Part shown: positions 39,091-48,366 of the stretch, one piece after another
Position numbering within the stretch: position 1 is the stretch's first letter
Layout of the letters: each line of letters begins with the position of its first letter
NCBI GenBank assembly: GCA_016840405.1
Contig: JAEOSK010000005.1
Coordinates: 1-64,000 of the forward strand
Direction: 5' to 3'
From: Candidatus Hermodarchaeum yapensis
GTDB lineage: Archaea > Asgardarchaeota > Hermodarchaeia > Hermodarchaeales > Hermodarchaeaceae
Length of the DNA: 64,000 nucleotides
The notes under the pieces: model-generated
The model's database searches: none
What the model was told of the DNA's origin: nothing
The model's input: the letters and a program-made list of their open reading frames with translations, nothing else
Translations under genes and position numbers: made by a program

Positions 39091-39855
39091 CTATTTATCC
39101 ACAACTTTGGGTTCACGCTTTTCTAAGAAAGCTCTAACGCCTTCTTTGGCATCTTCAGTTTCAAGGAGTTTTCTCATGTACTGAGCTTCAATAAACAAGC
39201 CTTCTTCAAGAGTGCGCTGAGTGGCTTCTTTCAGAGCCCGTTTAGCATATTTTAACGCAACAAGGCCCCGCTTTGCGATTCGTTCTGCAAGAGCCATTGC
39301 GGTAGGGATTAGCTGATCTGGTGGGACGATTTTGTACACAAAGTCTCCCATTTGAGATGCTGGTACAATGTCACCGGTAAAAATGAGTTCACGGGCTAAT
39401 TGGGGGTTCATCCACCGTTGTATACGTTGGGTACCACCCCATCCTGGAATGACGCCTAGCTTGATTTCGGGTTGCCCGAATTTCGCTGTTTCCGAGGCGA
39501 TAACAAAATCACAGGCCATGGTAATTTCCATGCCTCCACCCAAGCAAAATCCATTGACAGCAACAATAATTGGCTTTGAAGTCCTTTCCAAAGATAAGGT
39601 AAAATTCTGACCCGTTCTAGTCAGCTGGTCAGCCCTGTCTGCATCTTGACCCTCAAACTGTTTGATGTCTGCACCACCAACAAAGAACCTATCACCAGCT
39701 CCCGTAAGAATTACAACCTTGGTGTCATCCTCATCAAGTTCTGAAAATACTATTTCAAGTGTTTGAAAGACTTCCGGGGTTAGGGCATTTGCGGGAGGAT
39801 TGTTTATTGTGACTGTTACCACCTGTTTCTTTTTTTCAACTTCGACTAATGGCAT
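39091..39855 (-). CDS. Enoyl-CoA hydratase (crotonase)
   Basis: PPANAL, GADI, LGGGME, GQPEI.LG..PGWGGTQR. Confidence 0.93.
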   Translation of the reverse strand: MPLVEVEKKKQVVTVTINNPPANALTPEVFQTLEIVFSELDEDDTKVVILTGAGDRFFVGGADIKQFEGQDADRADQLTRTGQNFTLSLERTSKPIIVAVNGFCLGGGMEITMACDFVIASETAKFGQPEIKLGVIPGWGGTQRIQRWMNPQLARELIFTGDIVPASQMGDFVYKIVPPDQLIPTAMALAERIAKRGLVALKYAKRALKEATQRTLEEGLFIEAQYMRKLLETEDAKEGVRAFLEKREPKVVDK

Positions 39856-39980
39856 TACTTTCTAGCTCCCACGACAAATTACGAGACATCCCATAAAGTT
39901 TCGAGGTTCCTTTTACAGTTTGTTGTATTTGATATTTCAATTCAAATTTCCAGTTGAAATTAAGAAATCATGAAAAACAG

Positions 39981-39996
39981 AGATGTAACTACATCT
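39981..39996. promoter_or_regulatory. Palindrome AGATGTA-AC-TACATCT, candidate operator
   Basis: Perfect 7-bp arms just upstream of a TTTAAG TATA-like box of the 40083 gene. Confidence 0.45.
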
Positions 39997-40082
39997 GGTT
40001 TCGGAATAATTTAAGCCCCTGGATGCCAATTATAATTCTGTTCCAATAAGGGATTCAGGTTTTACCCTGGATTTGGGACGGA

Positions 40083-40559
40083 GTGTGTGGCTATTTGAGT
40101 TCTACTGTTAAAAGTAGACAACCAAAAAGAAAACCGTCCAGACGACGGGTTATTGTTTCTGACACTCCAGAAGAGTTACCTGAAGCCATTGCTTGGTTAC
40201 GCAAGCTAGTAACCACAATTATTACGATGAACTTAGAAGGGATCATGCGATTGAAAGATCAGTTTGACCAGATTTACGATGATCACGTTGATGAGTTTGA
40301 CCGGAAACTTCGCAAGATAGATTTTGAAAAAGCCGAAGATATCCAAGGTCATTCCGATGCAAAAGTGGTCCTTGGTTATTTGTTAGCAGTCTGTAAATAT
40401 CTCGAACGCCTTGCGGATATCAAGAAGCAAAATCAACATTCGTCTTCGCGAAAACAAGAATCGGATTCATTAGCGAATGCACTACAGAAAGACCTAACAA
40501 AAGAACTGCGTGCCTTCTCCCGTGAATTAGAACAAACCCATGGAATCAAACCCAAGTAA
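40083..40559 (+). CDS. Hypothetical all-alpha protein with basic N-terminal tail
   Basis: KSRQPKRKPSRRR followed by amphipathic helices; likely TTG start at 40095. Confidence 0.7.
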   Translation: MCGYLSSTVKSRQPKRKPSRRRVIVSDTPEELPEAIAWLRKLVTTIITMNLEGIMRLKDQFDQIYDDHVDEFDRKLRKIDFEKAEDIQGHSDAKVVLGYLLAVCKYLERLADIKKQNQHSSSRKQESDSLANALQKDLTKELRAFSRELEQTHGIKPK

Positions 40560-40677
40560 TTCCAAAATAGCACTTTTGAAGCCGCCTTAATAGTTCCATT
40601 ACGTTTAGACGTTGCAGCAAAACCCTTTTGGAATTTAACACACCAATATCCTGCATAATTCAAGTTGGTTATGGAAA

Positions 40678-41424
40678 ATGACTGGAATTTCTTCGCTTAC
40701 TGCTTCTTTGAAAAAGAATCAATCTATTATTGATGAACTTGCAGCAACAACTCAAAAGGCATTGGCTTCACTTTTGAATCAAATCGACCGTCTCCTTGAA
40801 TTATCCGCTCACTTACAGGAATCGTGGGAAGATCGACAGGCAACTGAAGAGGAATTATCTCATGATTCTTCCTCTTTGGCTGGTGAGCTTGAAGCGGAAA
40901 CCCGGGAGAAGTCGAAGCTTGAAACAACAGATTCCACTCAAAGGCAGGTATTAGCAGAGGCAAAAGCAGAACGTGGGAAATTACAAGAAGAAGTAACAAC
41001 GGCGGAGAAAACTCTTGAAGACTTAGAAGATCAACTTCGCACCCTTGATCGGACCCTTCGAGAACAGGATAAAGCGCTGGTTAAGGTTGAGGAGCAACTC
41101 AATAAGGTTGATGAGAAACACACTCACCAATTAGAGGACCTTGAAACAAAAGCAAATGAGGCGTTAAATGAAGCTGAATTATTGGAGGCAAAATACAAAG
41201 CGCTTCGGTATCTTGTTCAAGAAAAAATCATAACCTCGCCTGAAGCAAAAGTGGCTCTTGAACTGAAAGGAAAAGAAACCGCGACTATTGATCATCTCCA
41301 AAAAACAACGTTCATAGGTCGATTCAAAGTCAGGGAAATTCTCGAGCAAATGACCGAACACAAAATTGTCAAGTTTGATCGTGGTTCAGGACAGGTGAAA
41401 GTGCTGAAACCCATTGATTTGTGA
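40678..41424 (+). CDS. Long coiled-coil protein with C-terminal winged-helix domain (paralog A)
   Basis: ~180 aa E/Q/L/K heptad region, then PEAKVALEL...TIDHLQK...VREILEQM.EHKIVKFD...VKV. Confidence 0.8.
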   Translation: MTGISSLTASLKKNQSIIDELAATTQKALASLLNQIDRLLELSAHLQESWEDRQATEEELSHDSSSLAGELEAETREKSKLETTDSTQRQVLAEAKAERGKLQEEVTTAEKTLEDLEDQLRTLDRTLREQDKALVKVEEQLNKVDEKHTHQLEDLETKANEALNEAELLEAKYKALRYLVQEKIITSPEAKVALELKGKETATIDHLQKTTFIGRFKVREILEQMTEHKIVKFDRGSGQVKVLKPIDL

Positions 41425-41444
41425 AATGCGTGAGGATGATATTG

Positions 41445-42182
41445 ATGGCTGAAATGAAAGAACTCCAACAAGGAATGGAAAAGAACCAAGCACAAATGAA
41501 GGCTTTACGTGAAGCGTTTCACTCTCAAATGTCGGTCCTAGTTAACGAAGTTACCACGAGCTTACAAACCCTGACCCGTATTGAACGTGAATTTCAACTC
41601 TCTGAAACTCGAATGCAAGAACAGCGAGAGACGATTAACCACCTTCAGGAACAATTGACCCAACTTCGAGAAACAGGAAGTGAGATGGAAGCTAAGATTG
41701 CTAGTATCTTCAACGAACTTAACGAACATCAGCAAAAAATTGCAGCATATAATGCCACACTTATGGAAACCCAAGGTCGTATTGAAATCGTCGAAAACGA
41801 TGTCAACCAACGCAAGGCAGAAAGTGACGTGAAGCAGCGACAATTAGAGGAAAAACAACGTGAACTTGGACGCCGTAATGCTGAGAAGGATCAAGAAGTA
41901 ACCAAATACAGAGAGGATTTTTCAAAAGCGAAGAAACAGGCAGGTCAAGTGAAGAAAGACAATCCCATGGCCAATTACTTATTGACTGAAGGCTTAGAAC
42001 CCCCTGAACTCGATATTCTTGCAGTATTGATTCACAAGAAAGAAGTTACAGTAGCAGATCTCAAACGGACTGCTAAAACTCCCCCCGCAATCACGACCCG
42101 CGTTTTGAAAGAAATGGAAAATAAGGGAATCCTTGAACTCACCAGTGATGATAAAGCCCGCTTAGCAATTTCCATAGAGTGA
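41445..42182 (+). CDS. Long coiled-coil protein with C-terminal winged-helix domain (paralog B)
   Basis: ~175 aa heptad region, then PELDILAVL...TVADLKR...TRVLKEMENKGILEL...ARL; ATG 41445 after GAGGATGA. Confidence 0.8.
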   Translation: MAEMKELQQGMEKNQAQMKALREAFHSQMSVLVNEVTTSLQTLTRIEREFQLSETRMQEQRETINHLQEQLTQLRETGSEMEAKIASIFNELNEHQQKIAAYNATLMETQGRIEIVENDVNQRKAESDVKQRQLEEKQRELGRRNAEKDQEVTKYREDFSKAKKQAGQVKKDNPMANYLLTEGLEPPELDILAVLIHKKEVTVADLKRTAKTPPAITTRVLKEMENKGILELTSDDKARLAISIE

Positions 42183-42241
42183 ACCGACTTTACCATTTTT
42201 GATAGCAAAGGATAAAGAGTGAAAGAGCGTTAAAGGGTGGG

Positions 42242-43228
42242 GTGGATGGTGCGACTTTGCACAGTGATCTAGATAAGAAGGCATTACGTGCTAAGAAGAA
42301 AGCAAAGTCCACATCATATCCTGAAAGACAATTAGAAGAACTTCTCAAGAATCAATCCTTGGAAATCCCGCACACCAAACATCATCTGGTTATAGGTGAC
42401 AGCCGGGACATGCCCGAAATCGCTGATACTTCCGTCCATCTTGTTGTGACTTCACCACCCTACCCCATGATTGACATATGGAACGAGCTCTTCGAAGAAA
42501 TGGGATGCCCCAATTTTAACACAATGCACGCCTATCTCGCTCAAGTTTGGAAAGAATGCTATCGGGTATTAGTCGATGGCGGTATTGCCTGCATCAATAT
42601 TGGAGATGCCCTACGCAAAATTGATGGAAAATTTCAATTGTATTCTAATCACGTTAAGGTTACCCAAGAGTGCGAAGCTCTAGGATTTACAAGCCTTCCA
42701 TATATTCTGTGGAAGAAACCTACGACACGACCAAATGCATTCCTTGGATCTGGTCTACTCCCCCCTAATGCATATATTACCCAAGATTGTGAATTCATTC
42801 TAATTTTCCGGAAAGGTCGTCCACGACGCTTTCCTCCAAAGGATTTGTATCGGTACGCAAGCCACTACAAGCTAGATGAACGCAACGCCTGGTTTACTCA
42901 GATTTGGCAGCTTCCGGGTGCTCGCCAAGAGAATCATTATCTATCTCGTCGAGTGGCCGCTTTTCCAGAAGAAATTGCGTATCGACTCATTCGAATGTTT
43001 TCAATAATTGGTGATACAGTTCTTGATCCCTTTCTGGGTTCGGGAACCACAATGAAGGTCGCAATAAACACTCATCGTAACAGTGTTGGCTATGAAATAG
43101 ATACTAAGCTAATTCCCACTATCAAAGAACGACTCTCAATTGAAGATGATATGTTCAACAAGTACTCAGTGGAAGCATTCGATATTTATCACCGTGAAGA
43201 TGACTCGAAGGAATCATACAAAGGGTAA
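42242..43228 (+). CDS. Beta-class N4-cytosine DNA methyltransferase (CTAG/Zim-like), orphan
   Basis: Motif IV TSPPY precedes motif I DPFLGSGTT; PPYPMI..W and W.KPT...F.GSG..PP.AY. Confidence 0.85.
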   Translation: MDGATLHSDLDKKALRAKKKAKSTSYPERQLEELLKNQSLEIPHTKHHLVIGDSRDMPEIADTSVHLVVTSPPYPMIDIWNELFEEMGCPNFNTMHAYLAQVWKECYRVLVDGGIACINIGDALRKIDGKFQLYSNHVKVTQECEALGFTSLPYILWKKPTTRPNAFLGSGLLPPNAYITQDCEFILIFRKGRPRRFPPKDLYRYASHYKLDERNAWFTQIWQLPGARQENHYLSRRVAAFPEEIAYRLIRMFSIIGDTVLDPFLGSGTTMKVAINTHRNSVGYEIDTKLIPTIKERLSIEDDMFNKYSVEAFDIYHREDDSKESYKG

Positions 43229-43275
43229 ACACATATTACCCCCGAAGATATGAGTCTTGGACATAGGGCTAGCCC

Positions 43276-44193
43276 ATGATTTTAGCAATAGGAAATATTA
43301 ACCTAGATTGGATTTGCACACTTCCCCGTCTTCCCGAACCAGATGAGAAACTCAATATCCAGCAGTTGGATATTCACCCTGGTGGTGCAGCAAGTAATTT
43401 TGCTGTAAGTCTTGCTCGACTCGGATCTGATGCCACAATATTTGCTCATGTTGGCAATGATGCTGAGGGAACTGAAGCGCTTCGATCCTTAAAGGAAGAA
43501 AAAGTGGATACATCTAGGGTCATTATTGAAGACACTCTATCAACTGGTTTTGTCATTATTTTGGTGGGTGGGAATGGGCAGACGATGAAACTTCGATTCC
43601 GAGGAGCAAACACCAAACTATCACCAAAAGACATCACACCAACACTTCTGGAAGATATCGAAATCGCCCATGCTGCAAGTGTTCCAATCCCTATAGCGAA
43701 AAAACTCGCTACAACCTCTGCCAAGGTTGGTACACGTTCATCCATTGATGTAGGTGAGGAATTGATCACCCCATATCTCGAGGAAGTGCGGGCGATGATT
43801 TGCAGTTTTTCCATCGTCTTCATGAACAAACTTGTCTTCGAGCGTATCTTCAATGAGGAACCAACACCCCAGAAGGTCCAAAAGGAACTTGGAGGAAACC
43901 TCGAAGTGCTAAACGTTACATTAGGTGCAAAAGGTTCAATTACAGCAACAGCAGACACCGCTTTTCAGACACCAGCTTTCAACGTTACATCCGTTGATAC
44001 CACCGGAGCAGGTGATGCGTATGGGGCAGGGTTCATTCACTTTTTTAACCAACACTATCCCATCGAAAAAACGGCTGAGAGAGCAACCGCAGCAGCAGCG
44101 ATGCAGATTACCCAACCTGGTGCTCGTGCCGGCTTACCCACTGCTTATGAAATCGAGGAGTTCATAAAAACTTACAAGCAAACAATGGATTAG
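43276..44193 (+). CDS. PfkB-family carbohydrate/nucleoside kinase
   Basis: GNINLD, PGGAASN, VTLGAKG, VDTTGAGD. Confidence 0.92.
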   Translation: MILAIGNINLDWICTLPRLPEPDEKLNIQQLDIHPGGAASNFAVSLARLGSDATIFAHVGNDAEGTEALRSLKEEKVDTSRVIIEDTLSTGFVIILVGGNGQTMKLRFRGANTKLSPKDITPTLLEDIEIAHAASVPIPIAKKLATTSAKVGTRSSIDVGEELITPYLEEVRAMICSFSIVFMNKLVFERIFNEEPTPQKVQKELGGNLEVLNVTLGAKGSITATADTAFQTPAFNVTSVDTTGAGDAYGAGFIHFFNQHYPIEKTAERATAAAAMQITQPGARAGLPTAYEIEEFIKTYKQTMD

Positions 44194-45083
44194 GTAAAGG
44201 TTATGACTACTGCCGTTTGGGATTCCATGGCAATCTGATGAGAAACACTACCCAGAATCCCCCTAAACCGTCCATCTCTTAACCGGCCGGGTTTTCGGTG
44301 ACTACCCAAGATAATGAGGTCCACGTTCTCTTTTTCTGCAATATCAAGTGCTGCATCACCCACCTTTGGGACAGCAACATGCTTAGGAATGACTTCAAGT
44401 CCGGTTTGTTCAGTGAAAATACTAAGATCATCCATGAACAATTCCTTTCCAAGCTTCACTTCCGGTGTGTCTATTGCCTTTTGACTTGTCACAAAGGGTA
44501 GTCTAGTTAGATTCAATGCAATTAACTCTGCATCCTTTGCCACTGAACTTTTCTTCAATGCGGCCGCAACCCGAAGCGCCGCAATATCCTTTTTCGTGTC
44601 CCGAATTGGAAGAAGAATCTTCCGAAGAACTGGCTTAGAGAGCTTTTCCATGTTTTCAACCCATGAAGCCACCACTAAAACAGGAGCCTTACTTTTCCGT
44701 GCAACACGACGTGTAGTTGCCCCCAGCAAATGCCGATGCTTAGGTCGTTGAGCGACACCCATGATTATCAAATCGCATCCGTTTTCTTTTTCATTCTTGA
44801 GAATCGCAACGGATGCTCGTCGCCGTTTCACTCGCTCATATGTAAATGGAACCCCAAGCTGTTTGGAAAGAGATCTTGCATGCTTTTGCAGACGATCAAT
44901 CCATTCATCTTGCACTTTGGACGCTTTCTCTTCACAGTGAAAGAGGACCACATTTGCCTTTGAATATTCTGCGAGACAAAAGGCCAAGTTGACGACATTC
45001 ACCTCTCCGGGATATCCTTGCAATGGAGTGAGGATCTGCTTCATTTGGGGCTCTTCCCAGTCCTCGGAAATTAGAAAGGTCAT
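44190..45083 (-). CDS. Tandem-domain universal stress protein
   Basis: Two USP domains: DLIIMG...LLGATT and DLIILGS...ILGSVS. Confidence 0.9.
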   Translation of the reverse strand: MTFLISEDWEEPQMKQILTPLQGYPGEVNVVNLAFCLAEYSKANVVLFHCEEKASKVQDEWIDRLQKHARSLSKQLGVPFTYERVKRRRASVAILKNEKENGCDLIIMGVAQRPKHRHLLGATTRRVARKSKAPVLVVASWVENMEKLSKPVLRKILLPIRDTKKDIAALRVAAALKKSSVAKDAELIALNLTRLPFVTSQKAIDTPEVKLGKELFMDDLSIFTEQTGLEVIPKHVAVPKVGDAALDIAEKENVDLIILGSHRKPGRLRDGRFRGILGSVSHQIAMESQTAVVITFT

Positions 45084-45180
45084 GTATTATCGACTCCGAC
45101 TTAACCAGCAAAAGACGTATGACGTTTAACAAAAGTGTATTGGTAGTTTGGTACCGATAAAATTAGTTAAAAAGTAAACG

Positions 45181-45594
45181 CTATTGGGTGATCCGGTGAG
45201 TGGCGCTTTTGATTGCAGATTCTAATTCAGAAAAAGTCAATTCATCTGGAAAGACTGGAACGGTATCCATGTCTTCCAAACTGATTGACAATAAAAACCA
45301 CAGGGCTTTGACTAGGATCTGTTGTAATTCGGCAGGTGAGGCTTGGATTACTTCCTGATTTAGTTCATCCAATGTTTTGCTTGCATGTGCTGTTTTTTTC
45401 TGTCCGTGGAGCTCCAAGTAAACGGGAGTCCAGCGATCGTAGAAGAATTTCATTGCGTCACGGATGTTGTAGTTGAACAGGTTACGGAGTTGTTGGGCAT
45501 CTACCCCATTGGTTGCAGCATCCATTACCTCGTCAATCCGTGGTAAGAGGACATCAGCAACGAAACTCTCAAGTTGATCATTGGGATTGGCCAT
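45181..45594 (-). CDS. Hypothetical alpha-helical protein
   Basis: 137-aa ORF, no recognised family; transcribed away from the AT-rich element. Confidence 0.65.
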   Translation of the reverse strand: MANPNDQLESFVADVLLPRIDEVMDAATNGVDAQQLRNLFNYNIRDAMKFFYDRWTPVYLELHGQKKTAHASKTLDELNQEVIQASPAELQQILVKALWFLLSISLEDMDTVPVFPDELTFSELESAIKSATHRITQ

Positions 45595-46050
45595 TAGTTA
45601 ACATCCGTATTGTGTTTTCTGATTGGAAAAGTAGAAAATGGTTACATAAAAATCCATATGTAATACCCTAAATGTTCAAATTTAGTATTAGCCAAAAACT
45701 TCGAAGAATCGTTCAAATCATTGTAATTAGTAACGTTATCCTATCTGATTTTATATTATATGAACTTTTTATATTATTTTTTATATTTATATTATTATAG
45801 TCTTTTCATAACTACCCTATTACTAATCACGTACGCATTTTTATCAAATTAATAACTTATATCTTTTAGTAATCTATGCGACCATTACGACGCGAATTTT
45901 ATCATACTAACTCTTTTAATGTGACACATATAATTTAATAGAACCAGAATTTAACCAATTTCATTGAATATTTGAACAAATCATTGTATATAAGATACTG
46001 TTTCGGTTTAATTTGTATTGCTCTTGGATAGTGAAATAACCAATAAGACC
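45595..46050. other. Extremely AT-rich non-coding element with internal repeats (origin/DUE-like)
   Basis: TTTTATATTAT-type repeats in 45749-45799; TGTTCAAAT (45673-81) inverted at 45970-78; CAAATCATTGTA at 45714-25 and 45977-88. Confidence 0.5.
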
Positions 46051-46656
46051 TCATTTGAGGGAGTCAAGAAACTCTTTGGTTTCTTCACCCTCTTCAACTA
46101 ACACAATATCCTGAGCACCCGCACGTTCATAGTCATATCGTCGAGCAATTAACATCGCATGGAATTTTTCACGTCCCGTTGAAGAACCACCACGCCAAAT
46201 GTAGATCTTATCAAAGGTGTCAAGGATAAACACATCATCAGATTTCAGGCTCTCCTTACTGCGAGGCACATCAACGAAGAGGTGTACTCCACCCACGATG
46301 TTGAGCCGAAAGAGTTTGAACTCGTGTTTTTCGAGAATCACCTTCTTCAAGATCCCCTCGGTATCCTGGTCGTTGATATTGATACGACCACCAAAAAGGT
46401 CAAGGAAGGCTGGAGGTTCACTTCGGGCTTCAACGGTGACAAGACGTGCTACGCCTTTACGATCTTGATCCCGCCATACGGAGGTTACCGCGCCGATGAA
46501 GCGTTCATCAACTGTGGCTCGACTTCCACACCAGAGATAGATGATGGGACCTGTATCGATTAGGTAGCAATCGCCATCACCAAAATCATTTACCATGTCT
46601 TCGGGAACGCGGAGTACATGCCCCCGTTGGATATGGTATTTTCGAAAATCTGTCAC
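46051..46656 (-). CDS. Two-domain gelsolin-like protein
   Basis: Two gelsolin repeats: F.DGDCYLID...IYLWCGS...EP..FL.LF and SL.SDDVFILD...IYIWRG...EG.E..EF. Confidence 0.92.
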   Translation of the reverse strand: MTDFRKYHIQRGHVLRVPEDMVNDFGDGDCYLIDTGPIIYLWCGSRATVDERFIGAVTSVWRDQDRKGVARLVTVEARSEPPAFLDLFGGRININDQDTEGILKKVILEKHEFKLFRLNIVGGVHLFVDVPRSKESLKSDDVFILDTFDKIYIWRGGSSTGREKFHAMLIARRYDYERAGAQDIVLVEEGEETKEFLDSLK

Positions 46657-46813
46657 GTTTCATTCCACCATAGACTGTTATCAAAGGGTGTTGAAAGCTT
46701 TCTATCCTAGCCTTGATGTGAACTTCCGTTTTTAATCTTCTTGAGCAAATTGAATTCTAAATGAATTGGTTAGAGTCAACCAAGCCTTGCCAATAAAGGA
46801 AGAAATTTAAGAT

Positions 46814-48231
46814 TTGATTGATGAAAAACTCGATGGAGATTTCTCTAACAGGAATCTTGAGTTGGATGGAATGGGCTCAAACACTCGGTTAGGGATTTGC
46901 AGTGTTGTCAGCGTCTTAATACTGCTGATGATTTCTCCTACGGTATATAACATTGATACTATGTTGCAAGCCCAAGTCATTACTGACCGTCTGGTATCTG
47001 CCTATTGGTTTATGAATACAAGCTGTGTCGATTTCACTTATGGAGGACACTTCAATGAGCATGATCGTTTCGGCACACCCACAACAAGGGCTAAACGTCT
47101 AAAAACAGAATCGAAAATCATCATTGGAACCTTAGATTTTTACAACATTACTCGGGATCCCGAAGTGTTGAGCCATGCTATTGACACATTCTATACTATA
47201 GAGTCCAATATGCGTAATCTGAATCATACCTATAATCCAAGAATGGCTGAGGACTGGTCCAGTGCAATTATTAGTAATTCTCGCACGATAGATAACTCAT
47301 TCTTCATCCGTGCTCTCGTTCTTTTGTACGAGCATACTGGGAACCGAACCTATTATCAAACTGCTGTTTGGCTGATGTCCTTCATTTCGTATTTTCATCG
47401 TAATGCGGCTTATGGAGGATATCACATAGAAGTTGATGAGTTCGGTAATCCAAATTTTTACTACTATCCCTATGGCATGCTTCCTGGTCTTGTTGCACTA
47501 GCAGCGGGATCTCTACCCAGCGTTGAACCCAGAAATACGAGCTTTTTAGATGAATTGAATTATGCTCTAAACTTCGCCTACGATGAGTATTGGGAATTAC
47601 CAAGGGGGGTTATTGTTATGGCTACACACCCCAAACAACAATCTATCAAGGTTGGAAATCCCTCTGGTTTCAATCGATTATGATGAAGGCGTTCATTACT
47701 GGATACTTCTATACGGGTGATATTCTTTTCCGAGATCATTCAATTGAGATTGCCGATTTTATTATTAGACACTACACGGATTCAAATTCCGGGTTGGTTT
47801 CTGAGGTTACACAAGATCTATCTGTCCGTGATTCCATTAGGAACTCCGGAGCCCTAGCCAATATTGCCTCGGCATTTCTTGACATGTACATCTTCACAGG
47901 GAATTACACATATTTGAACTATGGTTGGGATGCCATTAATTTTGTAAAGCAGTATCATTTCGATCCTGATCATTTGGGCTTTTTCAAGTTGTGTATTGCT
48001 TCTGGAACTCCAGTTAATACGGAGAAGTGGTCGGAATTTCAGTATGAAATCATGATGACTTTAACCCGATATGAGTTTGGTGATTATCCCCCTCCCACCA
48101 CGACTGAGCCTTCGCTAGGGTTTTTGCTCCCTTTGATTATAATCGGTGGAACAATCATAGTCGTGCAAGTTCTCATATTAGCCATATTGCTAATCCAGAG
48201 AGGACAAAAATCCGTGAAACATCCTCGATGA
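46814..48231 (+). pseudogene. Frameshifted secreted, C-terminally anchored (alpha/alpha)6-barrel protein (AGE/GH76-like)
   Basis: ORF1 has a signal-like segment and LYEHTGNRTY; ORF2 has Y..TGD/TGN repeats, HFDP..LGF, a Pro/Thr linker and a TM; one extra G in the G6 run at 47604-47609 fuses them. Confidence 0.7.
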
Positions 48232-48366
48232 ATTTCATCTAGCGATTCATTCGATCCCCAGAGGGTTCGATTATGCATTTTTTGTGGTGATCGAATCAAG
48301 CCAAGTGACAGTTTTTTGGGCAGGCTGTGGTAATGAGGTTTAATAACGCCTAAGGGCAATTTTGAA

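Noticed and set aside
40678-42182. SMC/Rad50 or ESCRT-III assignment for the coiled-coil proteins
   Set aside because: No Walker motifs, hinge or zinc hook; no Snf7-like basic/acidic polarity and no Vps4 nearby
45595-46050. CRISPR array or leader
   Set aside because: No regularly spaced repeats and no cas genes
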